In this document: positions 13,560-26,200 of the stretch, piece after piece | Numbering within the stretch: position 1 is the stretch's first letter | How the letters are laid out: the number at the start of each line of letters is the position of its first letter | Source: Octopus sinensis | Taxonomy: Eukaryota | Length of the DNA stretch: 64,000 nucleotides | Direction of reading: 5' to 3' | NCBI RefSeq assembly: GCF_006345805.1 | Contig: NC_043002.1 | Span: 101,184,001 to 101,248,000, forward strand | Made by a program: the position numbers and the translations under genes | The notes under the pieces: generated by a model | The model's input: only the letters and a program-made list of their open reading frames with translations | Databases searched by the model: none | What the model was told of the DNA's origin: nothing

Positions 13560-14400
13560 AAGATCTCTTCGTACAAATCTAACCCTGATGGACTGACCAC
13601 ATACGATACAGCTAAGGGTCAGACCCGATTCTGATTGGTCAACACGTTGATGACGTCTAGTTCTGCTAGACTGGACAGGATACAGACAAGGGGCAGAGAT
13701 TAGTCAGAATATTGATGACGTCCTTTTCTGCTTGACTAGTCACCTAACAAGATACAGACAAGGGGCAGATCTAATACAGCTATAAGTCGTGATTAGTCAG
13801 AATTTTGATGACGTCCCGTTCTGCTTGACTAAGCCACCTAACGAAACGATTGGTCAAAAACAGGATACAGACAAGAGGCAGTTATAATACAGCGATAGGT
13901 CACGATTGGTCAGAATGTTGATGACGTCCCGTTCTGCTTGACTAAGCCACCTAACGAAACGATTGGTCAAAACGTTGATGACGTCACGTTACGCTGGACT
14001 GACCACCTAACAGGTGTTATAAAACCCGAACAATTCACAAGATTCGGCAGAATCATCCAGCGAACACCAACCATAAGTCATCACAGTTGCTCAAGGTAAA
14101 AATGAATTCCTCGCTCTTTCAGGAACATCAATTTTTTATATTGACTGCATTCCACCACTTTGATCTATTTTTTATATTGAATGCATATCACCACCACGAA
14201 CCACTGCATCATACACTTTAAACATATAGCATGAACGAACTCACTTCAAACTATATATGAACTTTATGATGTCTGACTCCATTGTGTATTATAAATGAAT
14301 TTCTTATATTTGATAGCATGAACTATCTTTTTTTATATATAACTTTTTTTGATAAGGTTCATTTAAGGAACTGAAACATGTTATAATGTATATATAAAAA
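13560..14400 (+). mobile_element. Probable Penelope-type terminal repeat (pLTR) remnant
   Basis: Internal tandem repeats, TATA, and a terminal decayed hammerhead-like motif TTGATAA-GGTTC...GAAC-T-GAAA-CATGTT (14349-14382), ending at (TA)n. Confidence 0.4.
13620..14030 (+). promoter_or_regulatory. LTR-like enhancer/promoter array (CCAAT + CRE repeats + TATA)
   Basis: TGACGTC at 13651, 13716, 13809, 13922 and 13979 (the last is a full TGACGTCA); ATTGG at 13634, 13849, 13905 and 13962; TATAAAA at 14018-14024. Confidence 0.55.
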
Positions 14401-14444
14401 TTAAAAATTGTATAATATAGCAGCATTTTCGAACTTCATTTTTT

Positions 14445-14559
<115 letters not shown>

Positions 14560-15020
14560 CAAATTATGGGGGTTCACAGGTGATCTAAACGATTAGGTAC
14601 GCTAGGTAAGTGCTATGACGGATCACTTATTCTTTTACTCCTTCTATGTTGACATCTTATTACATATACCATTCTCATTTTCCCCTCCATCTGTCTCTGA
14701 TGACAGAACATCTCAGAAGCAGCTGTAAGATATTGAATTTCTTTCTATAATAATATTTAAATGACTTGAGATGCTTATCTTGCTTTAATGTTTGCTGTCC
14801 TGTTTGACAACTATATATATATATATATATAATATATATATATATAAATTTAAAACACTGTCAAGAAAAGTCAGGATGCGTATATATAATTATATATAAT
14901 TATATATATATATATAATTATATATATAATTATATATATATATAATATATATATAATATATATATATATAATGTTATAGTTAAAATTTAATGGTGGAAAC
15001 AGCACGAAAGTATGTTTAGG

Positions 15021-15350
15021 GTGGAGGTACAATGGCCCACAGGTTAGGGCAGCAGTCTCGCCGTCATAGGATCGCGGTCCCAATTCCCGGACAGAGAGCT
15101 GTGAGTGTTTATTGAGTGGAAAAGACTTAAAACCCCACAAGGCTCCGGCAGGGCAACCTTCTCTAACTCTTTCTTTCTGTTTCTTTTGTACCTGTATTTA
15201 AAAAGGCCAGCCTTGTCACACTCTGTGTCACGCCGAATCTCCCCCTGAACTACGTTAAGGGTAGACGTATTTGTGGAGTACTCAGCCACTTGCACGTTAA
15301 TTTTATGAGCAGGCTGTTCCGTGGATTGGATCAACTGGAACCATCGAGCG
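15021..15350 (+). mobile_element. tRNA-derived SINE, family C (Deu/Nin-like domain)
   Basis: A-box-like TGGCCCACAGGTTAGG and B-box-like GCGGTCCCAATTCCC; body shared with 37945-38143, head shared with 47990. Confidence 0.7.
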
Positions 15351-15684
15351 CTCCTTTAACGTTTAGAGATTGTTTTATATTTGCTACGTTAAAATATTCC
15401 CGGTTTCGATGCTTATGCTCATCTTATATTTAGGAAATAAGAAAGAATAAGAACATAAGAAAAAATTGGATATTAAAAACAGTTTGCTTTTATATTTTGA
15501 GTAACATGTTCTTAGCTACGCACAAAATATGAGTACAACTTGCTTTGCAATTTACGATGTTTTCTTCTTTCCTTATTGTTTCTTATTTCTTAATTTTTGA
15601 CATTGAATTTTTAGTATTTTATAAGAAGGACATTCACATCGAAACTGGTAATATTTTATAAAAAGTTACTCACTTACTTTTTAA

Positions 15685-15701
15685 CCACACACACACACAC
15701 A

Positions 15702-15780
<79 letters not shown>
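15685..15780. repeat. (CA)n microsatellite
   Basis: Direct repeat. Confidence 0.98.
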
Positions 15781-15782
<2 letters not shown>

Positions 15783-16070
15783 CAAATTAAACTAATACCA
15801 AACGGGCAGGACTAACAAAGACATTAAGGGAGAAACTAGCATTGGAAAAATTAAAGACATAAATCGAACTCCTTAAGTTTAGAGCGTTAAGCAATGAACA
15901 AAAATTGAAAGACATAGATAAAGAAATGTATACAGAATGAAGGAAACATTCAGATGTCCTCTTAATTCTACCGCAGTTCATCTAATTGTATTTATTTATC
16001 GCTACTTTTCATTTAAAAGCCTTTATTTTTTGATATTCAATGTGCATTTTCGTTTTTTTCTTCTTACTTT

Positions 16071-16117
<47 letters not shown>

Positions 16118-16353
16118 CCGAGTAAACACATAAATGTGAAACAAGGTGGAAAAAAGAGTACTCAAATACCAGTGGTAGAGTAATATGCTTTATTTAAAGC
16201 AGCAGAAAATTCAACAAAACCTGTTACTCTGAGTTTCCCGTTGCTGTTCATCGGACAGATTTTGACAGTTTTTCTAGCAAAAACTGTCCGATGAACGGCA
16301 ACGGGAAACTCAGAGCAACAGGTTTTGTTGAATTTTCTGCTGCTTTAAATAAA

Positions 16354-16354
<1 letters not shown>
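16118..16354. mobile_element. Penelope-type terminal segment arranged as a fold-back
   Basis: 71-nt arms 16188-16258 and 16284-16354 with 2 mismatches; diverged single copy at 61868-62012; contains a hammerhead-like motif. Confidence 0.7.
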
Positions 16355-16422
<68 letters not shown>

Positions 16423-16613
16423 TGTATGTATGTATGTATACACATAGACATACATAAATACATGAGTGTGGTGTGTGTACGTGTGTGTGATTGTGTCTTC
16501 GTGCAAATCACTTCATTTCACATTCCTGCTGTCCACTCAGCTAGAAAAAGGAAGCAATCACATGACGGGCCAAATCTTGTGAGTGGATTTGGAGGGACAG
16601 TGAAAGAAGCTTG

Positions 16614-16650
<37 letters not shown>

Positions 16651-16682
16651 CAGAGAGAGAGACCAAATTGTACGTACGCCGC

Positions 16683-17194
16683 TATATATATACAAAATGG
16701 GACCAGAACGCAAAATATCCAGACAGTTAGGTGACACAAAAAAGGGACAACAACACATCCACATAGGCGATACAAAGAAAACAAGGACGGGTCACTCGGA
16801 GTTTTCTTTCCTCAGTCGAGTTCCAGATTATCTTTGCAATTTCGGCTGGTTATACTCGAGATTGCGCCAATCTGACCAGCCCCAAGGAAAAACAAAGCTA
16901 AGAGCATTATATTCCTTGGAAGAAAGCCACGAATATATACGAAAACAAGGAACATTCACTGCTTTCTCCCAAGGAATCTAATGCTCTTAGCGTAGTTGTT
17001 CCTTGGGGCTGGTCAGATTGGAGCAATCTAAAATATAACCAGCCGAAATTGCAAAGATAATCTGGAACTCGACTGAGGAAACAAAATTCCCAATAACCCG
17101 TCCTTGTTTTCTTTGTATCGCCTATCTGGTTGCTTTGTTGTCCCTTGTTTTGTATCATCTAAATGTCTGGATGTTTTGAGTTCTTGTCCCATTT

Positions 17195-17208
<14 letters not shown>
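16683..17208. repeat. ~520-bp imperfect palindrome (fold-back element) between (TA)n tracts
   Basis: Arm 16683-16909 matches the reverse complement of 16979-17208; inner arms 16911-16927 and 16961-16977; 33-nt loop. Confidence 0.9.
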
Positions 17209-17240
<32 letters not shown>

Positions 17241-18111
17241 AGATAAGAAACTCCCCTCGTCGACTGGATTGAAAAATACTGTCAAAATTATACTATGAAT
17301 AGTGAATGTTATTCACTTTATTGAACATATATAAGAAATGAAAGCTAACTTTCATTCGGACGATAGAGATGTTTTCTTCTGGCCAGTATCGTCATGGATG
17401 CATATAAACTTTTGATCTATAATCTTTAGTATTTAATACAAATAGCTGCTTTTCGTAGACGAATATAGTACGACGTTGAGAATATCAGTTCAAAGTTATT
17501 ATTCTCACTGCAAATTTTAGTTTCTTGATCCCATGTAAAAAATTTCCTTATAGCCAATGTTTCGAGTTTTTCCAGTAGCGGAGAAAATGAAAAGATTGTT
17601 CTAGCTTCTCACTCTGAAGTCCCAACATATAACTGACCGTGTGAGAAAGAGTCCTCTTCCTAACGGAACCCGTAGCCCCCTTAGGGGGTTCCATGTGACT
17701 CAGGACCATTTCCATTGTCTTCCTCGGAAAATTTTAGTAAAATAATTAGCTTTTAGTTTTTATGTGGATGTTCTAGCCTTTCTTCCTATAAATCAAGACA
17801 CACACACACACACGCATCTTTGATAGACATATGTGTTTGTGTGTGTGTGTATGTGTTTATGTGTGTGTACTTTGCATGTATGTTTCTCTTTCACCCCCAC
17901 TTGACAACCGGTGTTAGTGTGTTTGCGTCCCTGTAACTTAAAGGTTCGGCGAAAAAGACTGATAGAATATATACTAGGCTTAAAAAGAAAACTAGGGTTG
18001 ATTCATCGGGCTAAAATTTCTTCAAAGCAGTGCTCCAGTATGACTGTAGCCTAATAAATGAAACAAAAGATGCAATGTAAAATGCATACATTCATTCATA
18101 GTACTTGTAGA

Positions 18112-18690
18112 ATGTCCCATTGAAAACCTCAATAAATATAAGCAAAACAGACCAGACATAGTGATTTGGGACAGAGATGACAAATTGAATACAGTAGTAG
18201 AAATCAGCTACCCTGCGGTGGTGTCACCATAAAACGAAAGATCTACGACAGAGAAAATATCGACGCTGACCTATTAAGAAATATACTGTTGTTCTACCTA
18301 GATTGCAAGTTCAGGTTTATACCTGTAATTATTGAGGCAGTGAGATGTATAACACGCTACCTATGTACGAATCTTGAGAAATTAGGCCTCTCAAAACCAG
18401 AAAGGATGAAGCTGATTTGAAGACTACAGATCCAAACTATCACTGGAACTGTAAAAGTTCCTAAAATTTACTAGAAATTTATCATTTAAGTATATATAGG
18501 CATGGCTAGGTATGCAAGTTCATGCGTGAGAATATATACATCAAACGAAACATGCAAATCTGCACATGTACAGACTCAAAATACTGCACATATACACACT
18601 TATATGCAAAAATACTCTGTTGGTGTTGGATGTAGGTTAGAAACCGGTTCTTCCTGCATTACCAAGAAATTTTGTAATAAAACTCTATGT
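18112..18690 (+). mobile_element. R4/Dong-clade LINE 3' fragment (restriction-like endonuclease + 3'UTR)
   Basis: Translation KQNRPDIVIWDRDDKLNTVVEISYPA...RFIPVIIEA; homologous to 33560-34035. Confidence 0.8.
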
Positions 18691-19700
18691 TTTTGTGTGT
18701 TTGTGCGTGCATGAGTGTGAGTGTGTGTGCGTGCGTATTCGTGTATGTGTGTACACATAAATACGTGTGTGCATAATTCATATATACGTATACATATATA
18801 TATTTGAAAGCTAAACACTAGTCATAATTTTGCTCAGAATTTCCCATAATATGTAACTATATTATTTTCGTAATGTTAATCTTGATTATATTTAATTTAC
18901 TCTGGAGAATTTCTGCAGTTTGTGATGTCTGGTATTTGGATATCGTTTATATTTATTATTGTAACTTGACATTGTGGAATATCTAGTTTTAATCTGACAA
19001 TAAACCGTCCAATGAGACTACAAATGGAATGATTTTTATGTCATAATTATTTATGCACACTCTTTAAATCATTCTCCAACTCTATATATGTCCGAATTTT
19101 ATGGGTTCCAATTTTATGTTTCAATTTTTTTTGCCATATGTGTATCATATTAAACGTCTACAAACCGTTAGAAGGCAAGTTGCTGTGGAGTTGTTTGAGA
19201 TAAATTAACCTCCTCGACTTTAAAACACGATATACATTGGTACGAGACCAATGTTTAGGTTACAGTGTCTCATGGTGACAACAGATAGTTTCTCCTTTTT
19301 GTCAATCAATGCCTGGCACCCAATTGTCACTTAAATGAAATTTCTGTTTCGATATACCGAAAACATTTTCCTTTGCAGGGGTTAGTTTGTTTCTTGAAGT
19401 ATTCCTTACATTCTACTATAACGATACAGTTCATTCTCTCTTAGTTTCCATGTTCTCCCCGTTGTCTCAAAAATTTAGAGTGGTACAAGAATTTTGGCAC
19501 AAAGGCACAAAGTTCGATGGAAGGGGTAGATAATCCAGTATTCAACTGGTACATAATTCCTCAATTCCTATAGGATGAAAGACAACGTCGACCTCGGGGT
19601 AAATACGGATGAAATGCCGCTAGGCATTTTGCCAGCGTGTTAACTATTCTGTCAGCTCGCAATAAAAATAATGATGATAATATTAACAACAACAACAACA

Positions 19701-19743
<43 letters not shown>

Positions 19744-20618
19744 TTACTACTACTACTACTACAAGAACAGGAATAACAACTGGAGGCATATGGTCTCAAA
19801 TAGTTAATTACATCGCCCCCAGTGTTTCACTGGTACTTTTTGCCTGGACGAGCCACATGATAAAAACTGGCGAGAATACAAACCACCTCCAGTGCTCGAA
19901 AATAATCCCATCTCCCTTTTTAAATTAATACGTTCCCTGACCGGCAAAAGCCACTGCAGTAAATTATTTTCTGCAGAATTATTTTTTACGGTAATTTAGC
20001 GCGCCAAAACGAAGACATTTGAATAGTAACCACGAGTGTAATAGGTAGAACTATATACAGACCCGACATTGTGCGGGCGTCAAAGTATATAGTTTTGCAA
20101 ATTATATTTGTATGGACGGTCACATCGAAGATCTACGAACAATTGCGTAAGTAAAATTACGTAATATGTTAATAGTGAAACATGTATGTGAATAATCCAT
20201 ATTTTTATTGCTTTTCTTTTGCTTTGCTCGATTACGTTCTGGTGTTTGCTAAATTTTTCTTGAGAACGTTTCTTAGTGGTAAGACCATAGCGGATCTACT
20301 TCTAGCATAAGGATTGTCCACATAGTGGTCATCCCTCTCATATGTATATAATACAATTTTACTGAACCATCACATTTTTTATATACTAGACCACTGGTGT
20401 GAAATTGATGTTAATTAAATTAATATCAAATTTTAAATTTATATATATATATATATATATGAAATATAAATAAGAGATAAAACCACTATTATACAACTCA
20501 AACAGTGATAGACATAAACCAAAACATAAATAACAAATAATATATATTTTTATAAAACATATAACTTATAACTAGATCTCAAAAAGTATAAAAATGAATT
20601 ATCAATATATAAGTAAAA

Positions 20619-20720
20619 AAACTACGTACGTTTCCTGGCTACAATTAAATTCGAATTACAATTAAGCTTAAATTCAATTGAAATATATTCGATTTAAAAT
20701 TATAGTCAATCTTCAGGTTA
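20619..20720 (-). ncRNA. Hammerhead ribozyme motif with intact core and long stem II
   Basis: Minus strand: AAC-CTGAAGA-[TTGACTATAATTTTAAATCGAAT...ATTCGAATTTAATTGTAGCCAG]-GAAA-CGTACG-TA/GTT; predicted cleavage after GUA at 20623. Confidence 0.6.
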
Positions 20721-21611
20721 ATAATAATATTTAAATAAATAAGCAAATAGAGTTAAACAATATTTCTTTAAAAAATAAATAAAATAATAATTTATCTTAT
20801 AGAAAAAACTCCATTAACTAAATTTGAAACTTGAAACATTAGGATTATTTCCTACTACACATTTATTATGTTAAATATTTAATTTTTAAGGTAACAAAAT
20901 AGATAGAAATATGTATTTATCTTTGAAGATATAATTTGGCTTTAAAAACATAATAAACTATCGCATACCTTTAAATCAGTTATACGCCAAAATTTAATTA
21001 CCAAATTATTTAACAAAATAATCACTTCACTATTAATATTTTTAGATTTAAGTTCACATCTAATAATTATAGAATAATAAATACATAAAAATAAGTATCT
21101 AAATTATAATCAACAAATATAGTAATTAAAAATCTAAAATTTTCTCTATCAATAAATATATAAACACATAACCAAAGTTATATAAATTAGTCCATTATTA
21201 CTTACATAAATATTATAAATATCTATAGAATATATTTATGAAATACAATTCAAAAATTAAGAATCAAATTAAAAACGTATAGCCTATCTTTAAAAAAACC
21301 TTATTACTATTTTACAATCTATATACCACAGCGACTAACTAATATCTTAAAATTTACGTTGAGTTGTAATAATTATATACTAATAATAATTAAATAAATG
21401 TACATATCTAAATTATCATTAACAACTAAAATAATTATAAATTCAAATTTAACAATCAATAGTTATGTAGAATACAATAAAATTTCTTAAAAAAGTTTAC
21501 TTAACTCTCGAAAATCGTGTCATTAACTAATTTATATTTCATATATTTATACTGTGGAATTTGATTTAATACTAATTTGAATTTTTCTCTGTAAGTTTGG
21601 AGTTATACTCC

Positions 21612-21644
<33 letters not shown>

Positions 21645-21653
<9 letters not shown>

Positions 21654-21845
21654 AGAGTTCACGAAAAAAACAAAAGACGAAGACATGTGGCGTACAAAAC
21701 AAACAGATGTATTTGTATAACGCTCAGGAATAGAAAAAGTCTTACGTTTCGAGCCTACGCTCCTCTGCAGAAAAGGACACAGGAAAAAACAAGGAAAGAA
21801 AGAAATGTGTGTAGTGGCTACCGATCTGTCATGGCGACTCTATCA
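21645..21845 (-). mobile_element. Penelope-type terminal fragment with hammerhead-like remnant
   Basis: Minus strand CTGCAGA-G-GAGC gtag GCTC-GAAA-CG-TA (about 21742-21772), flanked by microsatellites. Confidence 0.45.
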
Positions 21846-21932
21846 TGCAAGTGTGTGCGTGTGTGCATGTGTGCACGTGTGTGTGCTTCTGTGCACACAC
21901 ATATATATATATATATATATTGCTTTTGTGAG

Positions 21933-21982
<50 letters not shown>

Positions 21983-22289
21983 AAAAGAAATATATATATG
22001 TGCGTGCACAGAAACACACATACGCGCACACATGCACACATTTGTAGTTAGGCTTACACAAATATCAACAGAAATTACCTGAACACAAGTGAAAAGCTAA
22101 ACAGCCTTAATGAAAGCGTTGTGACATGGTTAGTATGGCATGCCCTGCTAGTGTATGAAACGCCTGTCTCATTAGAGAACTTGCCTATTATAATAGCTGA
22201 AAGCGTAAACATTGGCAAACGAAATAGAACAACAACAAAATATCAAAACAAGCCCAAATCTGAATAATCGACAGAACTAAACATATTTC

Positions 22290-22372
<83 letters not shown>

Positions 22373-22407
22373 AGTGTATACATACATATATATATATACA
22401 CACACTC

Positions 22408-22452
<45 letters not shown>

Positions 22453-22569
22453 CTACATATGTACATACATATATATTTATGTATATATATATATGTATGT
22501 ATATATATGTGTGCATGTGTGTGTACACACACACACATATATATATATACACATATGTATTTATGCATG

Positions 22570-22626
<57 letters not shown>

Positions 22627-22630
22627 GAAT
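22290..22630. repeat. (TATC)n, (TA)n and (CA)n microsatellites
   Basis: Direct repeats. Confidence 0.97.
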
Positions 22631-22924
22631 GTATGTAGTAAATTTTATTTCTTGTTTAAAACAGTGTTTACATTTATGACAATTTTTCAATAATTGTAAA
22701 GTTTGAGACTGTGTATATGTAGATAAATGTTTTTATGTATGCATATATTACTCATATACATACATGCATACATACATATATATGTATATTCATACACACA
22801 TGTAAATATTTATGTGGACTTTATGAAGTCTGAGTACTTATCTACTACTAACTGATGTAGCTATTTACGTGTATATGTACGTATGAATGACTGTCTCTTT
22901 CTCACTCACTCTGTATATCTCTGC

Positions 22925-23039
22925 CTCCGTCCGTCTATCTATCTATCTATCTATCATCTATCTATCTATCTATCTATCTATCATCTATCTATCTATCTGT
23001 CTATCTATCTATCTATCTATCTATCTACCTATCTACCTG

Positions 23040-23086
<47 letters not shown>

Positions 23087-23131
23087 ACCTATCTATTTAT
23101 CTATCTATCTATCTATCTTTCTATCTGTCTG

Positions 23132-23205
<74 letters not shown>

Positions 23206-23211
23206 AATCTT

Positions 23212-23274
<63 letters not shown>

Positions 23275-23370
23275 GTCTGTCTATCTATCTTTCTATCTTT
23301 CTATCTATGTTTCTATCTGTCTGTCTATCTATCTATCTATCTATCTTTCTATCTGTCTGTCTGTCTGTTA
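22925..23370. repeat. Long (TATC)n/(TGTC)n tetranucleotide array
   Basis: Direct repeat; produces the LSIY-repeat ORFs. Confidence 0.98.
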
Positions 23371-23947
23371 TTCGTTAAAAACAAAAAAACTCTGCTACAA
23401 GGAAATACCATTCTTTACACTCATGAATGAATCATCAATCTTAATACGAAATAGAAAGTTGTCGCTGGGAGACTGTTTTTCAAAACCTCCTTACGATACA
23501 ACTAATAAACGATAACAAGAACAGAAGGTGTCTGCTAATTAGTTCCGAATTAATTTATAAATATAGAGAGCTATTCATGTTTTCTCACAATTTCCCAAGA
23601 GTGGACATAAAGTTTACACGTTATTGCACTAAATTAAACACATACTTGTAGAAACCGGTTCCCAACGGAAAAAGAAGAAAATACTTTTAAAAAGAAAACA
23701 ATTTGAAAAAATAAAAAAAGATTTCCCTTCCTACCAGCAGCAACAATAGCAAGAAGAAGGAGAACAATGTTAAAAAACAACAGTAATAGAGAAAAAGAAA
23801 AACAGAAAAATGTAAAACCGGAATTAAATATAAAAGAAGAAAAGCTGTTGAGAAAATAGGGAAATCAAATGAGAAATGAGAAATGAAATAAATGGAAGAC
23901 ATATATATGGCCTGTTACTTGTGTCTAGAGAACTGCTTTGGAGTCTT

Positions 23948-23985
<38 letters not shown>

Positions 23986-24291
23986 AGAATGAGAATGAGA
24001 GAGAGTGTAGGGGAAAGAAAGAGAGAGATAGAGAGAAAACTGGTGTCTCTTCGTGTTCTCTGACATTTAGTGATTCTGCTGTGTTCCTGTTTGCGGTTGT
24101 ATCAGTATGACTAGCAGAGAGAGGATGAAAGACGAATGGCAGTTCCTGTCCAGCCTTTGCCGGTCGCTGGACATTGCAGGAGGCAAAAGCGAATGAGACA
24201 AAAAGTCATGGAGCAATACAGGACAAATAGTGCTTAAAAATGAAATCAATCCACCCGTGACTTTCACAACTTTGTTTTCATAGAAAACTTT

Positions 24292-24502
24292 TATCTTTTA
24301 TCTGTTCCAGCCATTACGCTGTGGCCATGATGGGGCACTGCCTTGAAGAATTTTTAGCCGAATGGATCAGCCCGAGTACTTACTGTTTTCCAAACCTGGT
24401 ACTTTTCTATCGGTGTCTTTAGCTGAACCGCTAAGTGACGGGGACATAAACACACCAGCATCGGTTGTCAAGCAATGCTAGGGGGCAAACACGGACACAC
24501 CA

Positions 24503-24555
<53 letters not shown>

Positions 24556-24741
24556 ACACATATATATACATACATACGACGGGCTTCTTTCAGTTTCCGT
24601 CTACCAAATCCACTCAGAAGGCTTTGGTCGGCCCGAGGCTATAGTAGAAGACACTTGCCGAAGATTCCACGCAGTGGGACCGAACCCAGAATCATGTGGT
24701 TGGTAAGCAAGCTACTTACCACACAGCAACTCCTGCGCCTA
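24292..24741 (-). mobile_element. CORE-type SINE family B
   Basis: Homologous to 6477-6886; head ends ...CTCCTGCGCCT. Confidence 0.88.
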
Positions 24742-24752
24742 TATATGTATAT

Positions 24753-24806
<54 letters not shown>

Positions 24807-25029
24807 ATATTTATATATGACGGGCTTCTATCAGTTTCCATCAGCCATATCCACTCACTGGATTTTGGTCAGCCCTAGGTGCTACACAGAGAAAGGAAGC
24901 TGCGAGCTGGACGTAGACATAATATTATATGAAATAAAAATGAAAATGATGATTAATGGGGGAAAAAACGACGCCCGTCGATCGATTTTTCTCGAGGATC
25001 TCTAGTATATTGTTCATGATACAAAAATC

Positions 25030-26200
25030 CTCTACACTGTTCCCAATATTTAATAACAAAAGGAACTTTCTATAACACTGAGACTTTTCAACCTCTTATC
25101 CATATTCCTCCTCAACATCGCTTGTGCCCGCATCCTTCGCCATCATCAACGCCTCATTCAAGCACAAAGCGGGTGCCGTGGCGGCGTCGCCTGGTTACAA
25201 GCGATATTTCTCATTGAGTCCCTCCAGCCTATACGTCACTGGCAACGTTATGACCTCCACAGCTATCTGCGGAGGCATTCGGGATCCTGTATTCAAGCTA
25301 AAGGTGCTCCCTTATGTTGCTTTTCCACCACCTTTTCAACCTCTCCGCCTCTATAGAAGAAGACCAATAATTCGTCTTCTTCCGAGAGCGGGATTGACAA
25401 TTCTACCATTGGCGGTACACTTCCCGCCAACGGTGTCTCTTCCCCTGCCAGTGGCACAACTCTGACCGACGAGGTTCCGGGACATTCCGACTGCCGGCAA
25501 TGTCCCGTTTCTCTTTCTCTTCCTCATTTTTCTTTTCAACTGAGGGAGGGTGCATCTCCTCCGTGACCGGGAGATTCGCCTCCCCTTCCACATCCCTATG
25601 ATCCTTCGGTGAGCACCCGTTGTAGTTCACCTTCTTCCTTTTGCGGCCCTTCTTTGAGGAGTTCTACGCCTCCTCGGCCTCCTTCATTCACGCTTCTATA
25701 GAGGTCTTAATCAACTGCTCCAGGACCTTACTTTGATCCTGGGGATACTTTTTCTGGCTCCAGGCACCGATGACACATAGGGGGTGGGGGTGCGACCTTC
25801 AAGAATCACCAGTACCTGCACTTGTCCATTTTCAAAAAATCTGAAAAAACCAGATTGGCTGATTGGGTCCAAAGGGTCAAAACAGCTTTGACCCAACCCA
25901 ATCAGTCGCAGAAAAAACTTTCACATTAAGGAGCTTGGCTCCGCTGCCACCCAGGCCCCGGCGGATAGTCTCCTCTATCCACTCTGGGTTTATCCCGAGT
26001 GGCAACCCGCAGACCCAAGTTCTTGTTAACCTCCTCCCATAATACGTGGGAAGAAACAAAATTTCCTTGCCCTCCAAGGGTTGGCCCTTATGAGAATATT
26101 ATTTTTACTCTCAATAGCGAGTCACAAAGAGAAAAGGTTCCAACCACAATAACGGTCAACAGCACTGCAAAAACAGTCCAAAGAGGTTCAGTTCCTTCGC
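25030..26200 (-). mobile_element. Decayed LINE ORF1 (Tx1-like; RRM-like region + zinc-knuckle remnant)
   Basis: ILFLPTYYGRRLTRTWVCGLP resembles VVLLPAYLGRKTSKVRVEAIP at 53056-53116; CHRC remnant near 25760; purine-rich low-complexity tail. Confidence 0.5.

Noticed and set aside
13620-14010. CRISPR-like repeat array
   Set aside because: Repeats are irregular internal duplications without unique spacers, there are no cas genes, and the context is eukaryotic
20580-21590. Mitochondrial insertion (12S rRNA-like NUMT)
   Set aside because: Only short degenerate motif resemblances, with no tRNA or ORF support. The adjacent hammerhead and terminal repeat point to a Penelope context, so it is not called as a feature
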